DNA of 64,000 bases from the NCBI RefSeq assembly GCF_009914755.1, contig NC_060940.1; one strand, given 5' to 3'. This document shows, in pieces, positions 1 through 14,600 of this stretch. The notes beneath the pieces are model-generated. The model was not told where the DNA came from. It saw only the letters and a program-made list of their open reading frames with translations, and did no database searches. Numbering within the stretch: position 1 is the stretch's first letter; every line of letters starts with the position of its first letter. This stretch comes from the human T2T-CHM13v2.0 reference genome, Homo sapiens. Made by a program: the position numbers and the translations under genes.

Positions 1-1460
1 CATTCAATGGTGATTCCATTCAATTCCATTCGATGATTCCTTTCGATTCCATTCGATGATGATGGCATTCGATTCCTTTCAATCATTCCCTTTGATTCCA
101 TTCAAAGGTGATTTCATTCAAGTCCATTCGATAATTGCATTCGATTCCATTCTATGATGATTCCATTCGAGTCCATTTGATGATTCCATTCAATTCAAAT
201 CAATGATGATTCCATTCGATTCCATTCGATGATTCCATTGGATTCCATTCGATGATGATTCCATTCAAATCCATTCGATAATTCAATTCAAGTCCATTCG
301 ATGATGATTAAAATCGAATCCATTCAAAGATTCCATTCAGTTCCATTCGATGATTCCCTTAGATTCCATTCGATGATTCCACTTGATTTCATTTACGATG
401 ATTCCATTCGATTCCATGTGATGATTCCATTCAATTCTATACAATGCTGTTTCCATTTGATTCCATTCGACCATGATTGCCTTTGATTCCATTCAATGAC
501 TCCATTCGGTTCCTTTTGATGATGATTCCGTTCGATTCCATTTCATTATTCCATTTGATTCCATTGGATGAGTCCATTCGATTACATTCGATGATTATTC
601 CATTCGAGTGCATTAGATGATTCCATTCGAGTCCATTCGATGATTCCATTCGATTCCATTCGATGACTCCATTGGAGTCCATTTGATTGTTCCATTCGAT
701 TCCATTCGATTCCTTTCGAAGATTATTCCATTTGAGTCCATTCGATGATGATTCCATTCCATTCCATTCGATGATTCCGTTTGATTCCATTCGATGATTC
801 CCTTCGATTCCTTTCTTTGATGATTCCATTCCATTCCATTCAATGATTCCATTCGAATCTATTCCATGATGATTCCTTTCGATTCCATTCGCTGATGTTT
901 CCGTTCAATTCCATTCGATGATGATTCCATTCGATTCCATTCATTGAGGATTCCATTTGATTCCATTCAATGATGATTCCATTCTATTCCATTCAATGAT
1001 TGCATTCAATTCCATTCAATGATTATCCCATTAGAGTAAACTCAACGATTCCATTCAATACCATTCGATGATGATTCCTTTTGAGTCCATTCAATGATTT
1101 CATTCAAGTCCATTTGATGATTCCTTTCAATTCCATTCTATGATGATTCCATTCGAGTCCATTCGATGATTCCATTCGATTGCATTCGATGATTCCATTA
1201 TATTCCATTCAACGGTGATTCCATTCGAGTCCATTCCATGATTCCATTAGAGTACATTTAATGATTGCTTTGTTTTCAATTCGAAGATGATTACATTGGA
1301 TTCCATTCTATGATACCATTCGATTCCATTCAATGATGATTCCACTCAAATCCATTGGATGATTCCATTCGTGTCCATTCGGTGATTTCATTAGATTCCA
1401 TTCGAGGATGATTCCATTCGATTCCATTCGATGATTCCATTCAATTCCATTCGATGATGA

Positions 1461-4400
1461 TTCCATTCCAGTCCATATGATCATTCCATTTGATTTCATT
1501 CGATGATGATTCCATTCAATTCCATTCGACGATTCCATTCTATTCCATTCGATGATGATTCCATTCGAGTCCATTCGATGATTCCATTCGAGTCCATTTA
1601 ATGATTCCATTGGGTTCAATTCAATGATGATTACATTGGATTCCGTTCTATGATTCCATTCAATTCCTTTCATTGACAATTTGATTCCATTCGATGATGA
1701 TTCCATTTGAGTTCATTCGATGATTCTATTCGATTCTCTTCGATGGTGATTCAATTCTATTATATTGGATGATTCCATTCGATTCCATTTGATGTTGATT
1801 CAATTCGATTCTATTCGATGATGATTCCATTGGATTTCACTTGATGATTCTATTCGATTCCATTCAATGATGATTCACTTCTCGTCCATTGGATGATTCC
1901 ATTTCATTCCATTCGATGATGATTCCATTCGATTCCATTCGATGATTCCATTTGATTCCATGCGTCGGTGAGCAATTCGATTCAATTCCATGATGATTCT
2001 ATTTGATTCAATTAGATGATGTTTCCATTCGAATCCATTCCATGATTATTCCATTGGAATCCATTCGGCGATGATTCCATATGAGTCAATTCAATGATGA
2101 TTCCATATGGGTCCGTTCGATGATAATTCCATTTGATTTCATTCGGTGCTTCTATTCAATTCCAGTCGATGATGATTCCGTTGGAGTCCATACGATGATT
2201 CCATTTGATTTCATTTGATGATGATTCCATTCGATGATGATTACATTGGATTCCATTCTATGATTCCATTCAATTCCATTCGTTGTTGATTCGATTCCAT
2301 TCAATGATGATTCCATTTGAGTTCATTCGATGATTCTATTCGATTCCGTTCGATGGTGATTCAATTCTCTTATATTGGATGAATCCACTCGATTCCATTT
2401 GATGATTATTCCATTGGAGTCCACTTAGTGAATCCTTCAGATTCTACTCGAAGATGATTCCATTCAAGTCCATTCGATGATACCATTCAATTCCATTCGT
2501 TGATGCTTCCATTCAAGTGCATTCGATGATATCATTCGATTCCATTTGATGATAATTCCATTTGATTCCATGCGATGATTCTATTCGATTCCATTCAATG
2601 ATAATTCCATTCAGTTCAGTGATTCCTCTGGACTCCATTTGATGATGATTCCATTCAATGATTCCATTCGATTCTATTCGAAAATGATTCCATTTGAATC
2701 CATTTGATGATGATTCCATTAGATTCCATTTGATGATTCCATTCGATTCCATGCGACGATGATTCCATTCGATTCCATGTGATGATTCCATTCTATTCTA
2801 TTCGATGATGATTCCATTCGATTCCATTCGATGATGATTGGATTCGATTCCATTTGATGATTTCATTTGATTCCATTCGTTAATGATTTCGATCGATTCC
2901 ATTCGATGATTCCATTCGATTCCATTCGATAATGATTACATCCGTGTCCATTCAGTGATTCCATTTGAGCCTGTTCGATAATTCCATTTGAGTCCAACCA
3001 ATGATTCCATTCATTTCCATTCAATGATTCCATTCGAGTCCATTTGATCATTCCGGTAGGGTCCATTCGATGTTGATTCCATTGGAGTGCATTCGATGAT
3101 TCCATTCGAGTCCATTTTAGGATTTGATTCGAGTCCTTTCGATGATTCCATTCGATTCCACTCGATGATGATTTCATTCGAGTCCATTCGACACTTCCAA
3201 TCGATTCCATTTGATGTTTCCATTCGAGTCCAATTGATGATTCCATTCAATTCCATTCGATGATGATTCCGTACGATTCCATTCTGTGATGATTCCATGT
3301 GATTGCATTCAATGATGATTCCTTTAGATTGCATTCGATTGTGATTCATTTCGTCTTCATTCTATGGTTCCACAGGTTTCCATTCGTGTCCATTCCATTA
3401 TTCCATTCTATTCCATTTGATGATGATTCCATTCGATTCCATTCATTGGTGATTCCACTCAATTCCATTCAATGATTCCATTCCATTTCTTTCAACAATG
3501 ATTCCATTAGTTTCTAATCGATGATCCACTTGATTCCATTTGACGACGATTCCATTCTTGTCCATTCGATGATTCCATTTGATTCCATATGATGATGATT
3601 CCATTCGATTCCATACCATGATGATTCCATTCGAGTCCATTCAATGGTGATTCCATTCAATTCCATTCGATGATTCCTTTCGATTCCATTCGATGATGAT
3701 GGCATTCGATTCCTTTCAATCATTCCCTTTGATTCCATTCAAAGGTGATTTCATTCAAGTCCATTCGATAATTGCATTCGATTCCATTCTATGATGATTC
3801 CATTCGAGTCCATTTGATGATTCCATTCAATTCAAATCAATGATGATTCCATTCGATTCCATTCGATGATTCCATTGGATTCCATTCGATGATGATTCCA
3901 TTCAAATCCATTCGATAATTCAATTCAAGTCCATTCGATGATGATTAAAATCGAATCCATTCAAAGATTCCATTCAGTTCCATTCGATGATTCCCTTAGA
4001 TTCCATTCGATGATTCCACTTGATTCCATTTACGATGATTCCATTCGATTCCATGTGATGATTCCATTCAATTCTATTCAATGCTGTTTCCATTTGATTC
4101 CATTCGACCATGATTGCCTTTGATTCCATTCAATGACTCCATTCGGTTCCTTTTGATGATGATTCCGTTCGATTCCATTTCATTATTCCATTTGATTCCA
4201 TTGGATGAGTCCATTCGATTACATTCGATGATTATTCCATTCGAGTGCATTAGATGATTCCATTCGAGTCCATTCGATGATTCCATTCGATTCCATTCGA
4301 TGTTGATTCTGTTCAAATCCATTCGATGATTCCACTCGATTCCATTCGATGACTCCAGTTGATCCCATTCGATGATTTCCTTTGATTCCCTTTGATGATC

Positions 4401-5640
4401 ATTCCATTTGATTCAATTCGGTGATTTCATTTGATTCCATTCAGTGATGTTTCCATTCGACTCCATTCGATGATGATTCCATTCGACTCCATTCGATTAT
4501 GATTTCATTCAATTCCATTCGATAATGATTCCCTTCGAGTCCATTCGATGATTCCATTCGATTCCATTCAACGATGATTTGATTCGTGTCCATTCGATGA
4601 TTCCATTTGATTCCACTTGATGATGATTCCATTCGAGTCCATTTGATGATTCCATTCAATTCCATTCTCCGATGATTTCTTTTGAGCCCATTCAATGCTT
4701 CCACTCGATTCCATATGATGATGACTCCATTCGATGAAATTCGATGATGATTCCATTCGCTTGCATTCGATGATGATTCCACTTGAGTCCATTAGAAGAT
4801 TCTATTCAATTACATTCCATGACGATTCCGTTCGAGTCCATTTGATGATTCCATTAGACTCCATTCGACGATGATTCCATTCGATGTTATTCGATGATTC
4901 CATTCGATCTCATTCGATGATGATTCCATTCAACTCCATTCGATGTTTCCACTCGAGTTCATTCTATTATTCCATTAGATTCCATTCGATGATGATTCCA
5001 TTCGATTCCATTTGATGATTGCATTCTATTTCATTTGATGATGATTCCATTCCAGTCCACTCGATGATTCCATTCGAGTCCATTTAATGAATCCATTGGT
5101 TTCAATTCTATGATGATTACATTGGATTACATTCGTTGATGATTTCATTCGGTTCCATTCAATGATGATTCCATTCAATTCCTTTCAATGTTTCCATTCA
5201 ATTCCATACGATGATGATTCCATTTGATTTGATTCGACAGTGAGCCATTCGATTCAATTCCATGATGATTCTATTTGATTCAATTGGTTGACATTTCCAT
5301 TCGATTCCATTCGATGATGATTCCCTTTGATTCCGTTCAAAGATGATTCCATTCTAGCCCATTCAATCATTCCATTCGATTCTATTCAATGATGATTCCA
5401 TTCATGTCGATTTGGTGATTCCATTTGACTTCATTTGATGATGATTCCTTTCAAGTTCATTAGATGATTCCATTCGATTCCATTTGATGATGATCCCATT
5501 CGAGTCCATTCAGTGATTCCACTCGTTTCCATTCCATGATGATTCCATTCCATTCCATTCAATGATTCCATTCGATTCCGTTTGATGATGATTTCATTCG
5601 AGTCCATTTGATGATTCCATTTGATTCCATTCGATGATGA
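1461..5640 (+). repeat. Truncated 4,180-bp unit (6.1-kb unit lacking ~1.9 kb)
   Basis: Marker TTCCATTCCAGTCCATATGATC at 1461 and 5641. ORF pairs 2513/6693 and 3011/7191 are offset by 4,180. Blocks marked by TTTGTGTCCC, TTACAGTCGAG and TTAGAGTAAACTC are absent. Confidence 0.85.
2004..2014 (-). promoter_or_regulatory. Putative DUX4-type double-homeodomain motif (TAATTGAATCA), first of 10 copies
   Basis: The + strand reads TGATTCAATTA, whose reverse complement fits the DUX4 consensus TAAYBBAATCA. DUX4 binding and activation of HSATII is established. Occupancy here is not shown. Confidence 0.4.
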
Positions 5641-8600
5641 TTCCATTCCAGTCCATATGATCATTCCATTTGATTTCATTTGATGATGATTCCATTCGAT
5701 TCCATTCGATGATTCCATTCTATTCCATTCGATGATGATTCCACTCGAGTCCATTCGATGATTCCATTCGAGTCCATTTAATGATTCCATTGGGTTCAAT
5801 TCAATGATGATTACATTGGATTCCGTTCTATGATTCCATTCAATTCCGTTCATTGACAATTTGATTCCATTCGATGATGATTCCATTTGAGTTCATTCGA
5901 TGATTCTATTCGATTCTCTTCGATGGTGATTCAATTCTATTATATTGGATGATTCCATTCGATTCCATTTGATGTTGATTCAATTCGATTCTATTCGATG
6001 ATGATTCCATTGGATTTCACTTGATGATTCTATTCGATTCCATTCAATGATGATTCACTTCTCGTCCATTGGATGATTCCATTTCATTCCATTCGATGAT
6101 GATTCCATTCGATTCCATTCGATGATTCCATTTGATTCCATGCGTCGGTGAGCAATTCGATTCAATTCCATGATGATTCTATTTGATTCAATTAGATGAT
6201 GTTTCCATTCGAATCCATTCCATGATTATTCCATTGGAATCCATTCGGCGATGATTCCATATGAGTCAATTCAATGATGATTCCATATGGGTCCGTTCGA
6301 TGATAATTCCATTTGATTTCATTCAATGCTTCTATTCTATTCCAGTCGATGATGATTCCGTTGGAGTCCATACGATGATTCCATTTGATTTCATTTGATG
6401 ATGATTCCATTCGATGATGATTACATTGGATTCCATTCTATGATTCCATTCAATTCCATTCGTTGATGATTCGATTCCATTCAATGATGATTCCATTTGA
6501 GTTCATTCGATGATTCTATTCGATTCCGTTCGATGGTGATTCAATTCTCTTATATTGGATGAATCCACTCGATTCCATTTGATGATTATTCCATTGGAGT
6601 CCACTTAGTGAATCCTTCAGATTCTACTCGAAGATGATTCCATTCAAGTCCATTCGATGATACCATTCAATTCCATTCGTTGATGCTTCCATTCAAGTGC
6701 ATTCGATGATATCATTCGATTCCATTTGATGATAATTCCATTTGATTCCATGCGATGATTCTATTCGATTCCATTCAATGATAATTCCATTCAGTTCAGT
6801 GATTCCTCTGGACTCCATTTGATGATGATTCCATTCAATGATTCCATTCGATTCTATTCGAAAATGATTCCATTTGAATCCATTTGATGATGATTCCATT
6901 AGATTCCATTTGATGATTCCATTCGATTCCATGTGACGATGATTCCATTCGATTCCATGTGATGATTCCATTCTATTCTATTCGATGATGATTCCATTCG
7001 ATTCCATTCGATGATGATTGGATTCGATTCCATTTGATGATTTCATTTGATTCCATTCGTTAATGATTTCGATCAATTCCATTCGATGATTCCATTCGAT
7101 TCCATTCGATAATGATTACATCCGAGTCCATTCAGTGATTCCATTTGAGCCTGTTCGATAATTCCATTTGAGTCCAACCAATGATTCCATTCATTTCCAT
7201 TCAATGATTCCATTCGAGTCCATTTGATCATTCCGGTAGGGTCCATTCGATGTTGATTCCATTGGAGTGCATTCGATGATTCCATTCGAGTCCATTTTAG
7301 GATTTGATTCGAGTCCTTTCGATGATTCCATTCGATTCCACTCGATGATGATTTCATTCGAGTCCATTCGACACTTCCAATCGATTCCATTTGATGTTTC
7401 CATTCGAGTCCAATTGATGATTCCATTCAATTCCATTCGATGATGATTCCGTACGATTCCATTCTGTGATGATTCCATGTGATTGCATTCAATGATGATT
7501 CCTTTCGATTGCATTCGATTATGATTCATTTCGTGTTCATTCTATGGTTCCACAGGTTTCCATTCGATGACGTTTCCGTTCGTGTCCATTCCATTATTCC
7601 ATTCTATTTCATTTGATGATGATTCCATTCGATTCCATTCATTGGTGATTCCACTCAATTCCATTCAATGATTCCATTCCATTTCTTTCAACAATGATTC
7701 CATTAGTTTCTATTCGATGATCCACTTGATTCCATTTGGCGATGATTCCATTCGTGTCCATTCGATGATTCCATTTGATTCCATATGATGATGATTCCAT
7801 TCGATTCCATACGATGATGATTCCATTCGAGTCCATTCAATGGTGATTCCATTCAATTCCATTCGATGATTCCTTCCGATTCCATTCGATGATGATGGCA
7901 TTCGATTCCTTTCAATCATTCCCTTTGATTCCATTCAAAGGTGATTTCATTCAAGTCCATTCGATAATTGCATTCGATTCCATTCTATGATGATTCCATT
8001 CGAGTCCATTTGATGATTCCATTCAATTCAAGTCAATGATGATTCCATTCAATTCCACTCGATGATTCCATTGGATTCCATTCGATGATGATTCCATTCA
8101 AATCCATTCGATAATTCAATTCAAGTCCATTCGATGATGATTCCAATCGAATCCATTCAAAGATTCCATTCAATTCCATTCGATGATGATTCCCTTAGAT
8201 TCCATTCGATGATTCCACTTGATTCCATTTACGATGATTCCATTCTATTCCATGTGATGATTCCATTCAATTCTATTCAATGATGTTTCCATTTGATTCC
8301 ATTGGACCATGATTGCCTTTGATTCCATTCAATGATTCCATTCGGTTCCATTTGATGATGATTCCGTTCGATTCCATTTCATTATTCCATTTGATTCCAT
8401 TGGATGAGTCCATTCGATTACATTCGATGATTATTCCATTCGAGTGCATTAGATGATTGCATTCGAGTCCATTCGATGATTCCATTCGATTCCATTCGAT
8501 GTTGATTCTGTTCAAATCCATTCGATGATTCCACTCGATTCCATTCGATGACTCCATTTGATCCCATTCGATGATTTCCTGTGATTCCCTTTGATGATCA

Positions 8601-11600
8601 TTCTATTTGATTCAATTCGGTGATTTCATTTCATTCCATTCAGTGATGTTTCCATTCGACTGTATTCCATGATGATTCCATTCGACTCCATTCGATTATG
8701 ATTTCATTCAATTCCATTCAATAATGATTCCCTTCGAGTCCATTCGATGATTCCATTCGATTCCATTCAACGATGATTTGATTCGTTTCCATTCGATGAT
8801 TCCATTTGATTCCACTTGATGATGATTCCATTCGAGTCCATTTGATGATTCCATTCGAGTCTATTTATGTATTATATTCGTGTCCACTTCATGATTCCAT
8901 TCAATTCCATTTAATATTGATTCCATTTGATTCCATTTGATGATTCAGTTCGATTCCTAGCAATGATTCCCTACGATTCCTTTCTATGATGATTCCATTC
9001 GATTCCATTCATTGATGATTTCATTCGACTCCATTCGATGATGATTCCTTTCGATTCCATTTGACGATGTTTCCATTCGAGTCCATTCGATGATGATTCT
9101 ATTCAATTCTGTTCTATTATGATTCCATTCGATTTCATTCAATGCTTCTATTTGATTCCATTCGATGATGATTCCATCTCTTTCCCTTCGATGATTCCAT
9201 TTGATTCCATTCAGTGATGATTCCATTTGATTCCCTCTGATGATGATTTCACTTGATTCCTTTCAATGATGATTCAATTCAAGTCCATTCGATGATTCCA
9301 TTGGAGTCCAAACGATCATTCCGTTCGATTCCATTCAATGGTGATTCCATTCATGTCCATTCGATGAATCCATTCAATTCCATTCGATGATGACTCCATT
9401 CGAGTACATTCGGTGATTCCATTTGATTCCATTGGAAGATGATTCCATTCAATTCCATTGGAAGATGATTCCATTCAATTCCATTCGATGATGATTCCGT
9501 ATGAATCCATTCTCTGATTATTCCATTCGATTCCATTCATTGACGATTCCATTCAATTCCATTCAATGATGATTCTCTTCTATTCCATTCGATGATTCCG
9601 GTCGATGCCATTCGATGATGATTCCATTAGATTCCATTCGATTATTGCATTCGATTCCCTTCGATGATGATTCCTTTGAATTCCATTCGATTATCATTCC
9701 GTATGAATCCATTTGATGATTATTCCATTGGATTCCTTTCGATGATGATTCCATTCGATTCCATTTGATGATGTTTCTCTTGTATTCCATTGGATAATTC
9801 CTTTCAGTTCCCTTCGATGATTATTCTTTCGAGTCAATTCGATGATTCTATTCCATTCCCTTCGATGATGATTCCATTTCACTCCATTTGATGATTCCAT
9901 TCGACTCAATTTGGTGATGATTCAATTCGATGACATTCGATGACTCCATTCAATTTCGTTTGATGATGATTACATTCGAGTCCATTTGATGATTGTATTC
10001 CTTTCCTTTTGATGATTATTCCATTCGTGTCTATTCAAAGGTTCCATTCTATTCCATTCAATGATGATTGCATTTGATTCCATTCAATGATTATGGCTAT
10101 CGATTCCACTCGTTGATTCCATTTGATTCCGTTCGATGATTATTCCGTTAGATTCCATTAGAAGATTCCATTCGATTTTATTCAATGATTCCAATGGATT
10201 CCATTCAATGATGATTCCATTCGACTCCATTCAGTGATTCCATTCGAGTCCATTTGATGATTCCATTCTTTTCCATTTGATGATGATTCCATTAGGGTCC
10301 ATTCAATGATTCCATTCGAGTCCATTCGTTAATGCCTTTCGAGTCCTTTTGATCACTACATTCGAGTCCATTCAATGATTCTATTCGATTCCATTCCATG
10401 ATGATTCCATTCGAGTTCATTCGATGATTGCATTCGAGTCCATTTGATGATTCCATATGATTCCCTTCGACAATGATTCCATTCGTGTCCATTTGATGAT
10501 TCCATTCATTTCCTATCGATGAAGATTCCATTCAAGTGTATTCGATGATTCCATTCAAATCCATTCGATGATGATTCCATTCCAGTCCATTCGATCATTC
10601 CACTTGATTCCATTTGATGACTATTCCATTCAAATCCATTTGATGATTCCATTCGATTCCATTCGATGTTACCATTCGAGTATATACGATGATTCCACTC
10701 GATTCCATTTGATGATTATTCCATTGGAGTCCACTTAGTGAATCCTTTAGATTCTACTGGAAGATGATTCCATTCGAGTCCATTCGATGATACAATTCAA
10801 TTCCATTCGTTGATGCTTCCATTCAAGTGCATTCGATGATATCATTCGATTCCATTTGATGATAATTCCATTTGATTCCATGCGATGATTCTATTCGATT
10901 CCATTCAATGATAATTCCATTCAATTCAGTGATTCCTCTGGACTCCATTTGATGATGATTCCATTCAATGATTCCATTCGATTCTATTCGAAAATGATTC
11001 CATTTGAATCCATTTGATGATGATTCCATTGGATTCCATTTGATGATTCCATTCGATTCCATTCGATGATGATTCCATTCGATTCCTTTTGATGAATCCA
11101 TTCTATTGTATTCGATGATGATTCCATTCGATTCCATTCGATGATGATTGGATTCGATTCCATTTGATGATTTCATTTGATTCCATTCGATAATGATTTC
11201 GATCAATTCCATTCGATGATTCCATTCGATTCCATTCGATAATGATTACATCCGAGTCCATTCGATGATTCCATTTGAGCCCGTTCGATAATTCCATTTG
11301 AGTCCAATCAATGATTCCATTCATTTCCATTCAATGATTCCATTCGAGTCCATTTGATCATTCCGGTAGGGTCCGTTCGATGTTGATTCCATTGGAGTGC
11401 ATTCGATGATTCCATTCGAGTCCATTTTAGGATTTGATTCGAGTCCTTTCGATGATTCCATTAGATTCCACTCGATGATTTCATTCGAGTCCATTCGACA
11501 CTTCCAATCGATTCCATTTGATGTTTCCATTCGATTCCAATTGATGATTCCATTCAATTCCATTCGATGATGATTCCGTACGATTCCATTCTGTGATGAT

Positions 11601-14600
11601 TCCATGTGATTGCATTCAATGATGATTCCTTTCGATTGCATTCGATTATGATTCATTTCGTGTTCATTCTATGGTTCCACAGGTTTCCATTCGATGATGT
11701 TTCCATTCGTGTCCATTCCATTATTCCATTCTATTCCATTTGAAGATGATTCCATTCGATTCCATTCATTGGTGATTCCACTCAATTCCATTCAATGATT
11801 CCATTCCATTTCTTTCAACAATGATTCCATTAGTTTCTATTCGATGATCCACTTGATTCCATTTGACGATGATTCCATTCGTGTCCATTCGATGATTCCA
11901 TTTGATTCCATATGATGATGATTCCATTCGATTCCATACGATGATGATTCCATTCGAGTCCATTCAATGGTGATTCCATTCAATTCCATTCGATGATTCC
12001 TTTCGATTCCATTCAATGATGATGGCATTCGATTCCTTTCGATCATTCCCTTTGATTCCATTCAAAGGTGATTTCATTCAAGTCCATTCGATAATTGCAT
12101 TCGATTCCATTCTATGATGATTCCATTCGAGTCCATTTGATGATTCCATTCAATTCAAGTCAATGATGATTCCGTTCGATTCCACTCGATGATTCCATTG
12201 GATTCCATTCGATGATGATTCCATTCAAATCCATTCGATAATTCAATTCAAGTCCATTCGATGATGATTCCAATCGAATCCATTCAAAGATTCCACTCAA
12301 TTCCATTCGATGATGATTCCCTTAGATTCCATTCGATGATTCCACTTGATTCCATTTACGATGATTCCATTCGATTCCATGTGATGATTCCATTCAATTC
12401 TATTCAATGATGTTTCCACTTGATTCCATTCGAACATGATTGCCTTTGATTCCATTCAATGATTCCATACGGTTCCATTTGATGATGATTCCATTCGAGT
12501 GCATTAGATGATTCCATTCGAGTCCATTCGATGATTCCATTCGATTCCATTCGATGTTGATTCTGTTCAAATCCATTCGATGATTCCACTCGATTCCATT
12601 CGATGACTCCATTTGATCCCATTCGATGATTTCCTTTGATTCCCTTTGATGATCATTCCATTTGATTCAATTCGGTGATTTCATTTGATTCCATTCAGTG
12701 ATGTTTCCATTCAACTCCTTTCGATGATGATTCCATTCGACTCCATTCGATTATGATTTCATTCAATTCCATTCGATAATGATTCCCTTCAAGTCCATTC
12801 GATGATTCCATTCGATTCCATTCAACGATGATTTGATTCGTGTCCATTCGATGATTCCATTTGATTCCATTTGATGATGATTCCATTCGAGTCCCTTTGA
12901 TGATTCCATTCAATTCCATTCTCCGATGATTTCTTTTGAGCCCATTCAATGCTTCCACTCGATTCCATATGATGATGACTCCATTTGATGAAATTCCATG
13001 ATGATTCCATTCGCTTGCATTCGATGATGATTCCACTTGAGTCCGTTAGAAGATTCTATTCAATTACATTCCATGACGATTCTATTCGAGTCCATTTGAT
13101 GATTCCATTAGACTCCATTCGACGATGATTCCATTCGATGTTATTCGATGATGATTCCATTCAACTCCATTCGATGTTTCCATTCGAGTTCATTCTATTA
13201 TTCCTTAGATTCCATTCGATGATGATTCCATTCGATTCCATTTGATGATTGCATTCTATTTCATTTGATGATGATTCCATTCGAGTCCATTCGATGATTC
13301 CATTCGAGTCCATTTAATGAATCCATTGGTTTCAATTCTATGATGATTACATTGGATTCCATTCGTTGATGATTTCATTCGATTCCATTCAATGATGATT
13401 CCATTCAATTCCATTCAATGATTCCATTCAATTCCATACGATGATGATTCCATTTGATTTGATTCGACAGTGAGCCATTCGATTCAATTCCATGATGATT
13501 CTATTTGATTCAATTGGTTGACATTTCCATTCGATTCCATTTGATGATGATTCCATTTGATTCCATTCAAAGATGATTCCATTCTAGCCCATTCAATCAT
13601 TCCATTCGATTCTATTCAATGATGATTCCATTCATGTCGATTTGGTGATTCCATTTGACTTCATTTGATGATGATTCCTTTCAAGTTCATTAGATGATTC
13701 CATTCGATTCCATTTGATGATGATCCCATTCGAGTCCATTCAGTGATTCCACTCGTTTCCATTCCATGATGATTCCATTCCATTCCATTCAATGATTCCA
13801 TTCGATTCCGTTTGATGATGATTTCATTCGAGTCCATTTGATGATTCCATTTGATTCCATTCGATGATGATTACATTCGAGTCCATACGATGATTCCACT
13901 CAATTCCATATGATGATGATTCCATTCGATTCCATTCGATGATTCCATTCTATTCTATTCAATGGTGATTCCATTCGAGTACATTAGATGATTCCATTCG
14001 ATTCCATTCAATGATGATTCTATTTGTGTCCCTTAGATGGTTCCACATGATTCCATTTCATGATGATACTATTTGAGCCCATCCAATGATTCCCTTCGAT
14101 TCCATTCGATGAGGATTCCATTCGATTCAATTCATTGGTGATTCTATTCAATTCAATTCTTTGATTCCATTCCATTCCATTCGACAATGATTCCATTCGA
14201 TTTCTTTCGATGATTCCACTCGATTCCACTTGACATTGATTCCATTCGATTCCATTCAATGATTCCGTTTGATTCCAGTGGATGATGATTGCCATCGATT
14301 CCATTCGATCACTCCATTCTATTCCATTTGATGATGATTACATTCGATTCCATTTGATGATTCCATCTGATTCTATTCGAGGATTCCATTTGATTCCATT
14401 CGATGATGATTCCATTCGAGTGCATTCGATGATTTCATTCGAGTACATCCAATGATTCCATTCGAGTCCATTTGATGATTCCATTTGATTCCATTTGATT
14501 ATGATTCTACTAGAGTCCATTCAATGACTCCATTCGAATCCATTCTACAATTCCATTCGAGGCCATTCGATGATTCCATTTCATGATTCCATTCGAGTCC

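Noticed and set aside
301-486. Plus-strand 61-aa ORF MMIKIES..., also at 3938 and 38017
   Set aside because: A chance stop-free satellite frame in three sister copies. Useful only as a lineage marker.
8858-10688. Segment X as a transposon insertion
   Set aside because: It is itself CATTC-based satellite, with no terminal repeats, poly(A) tail, target-site duplication or transposase/RT coding.
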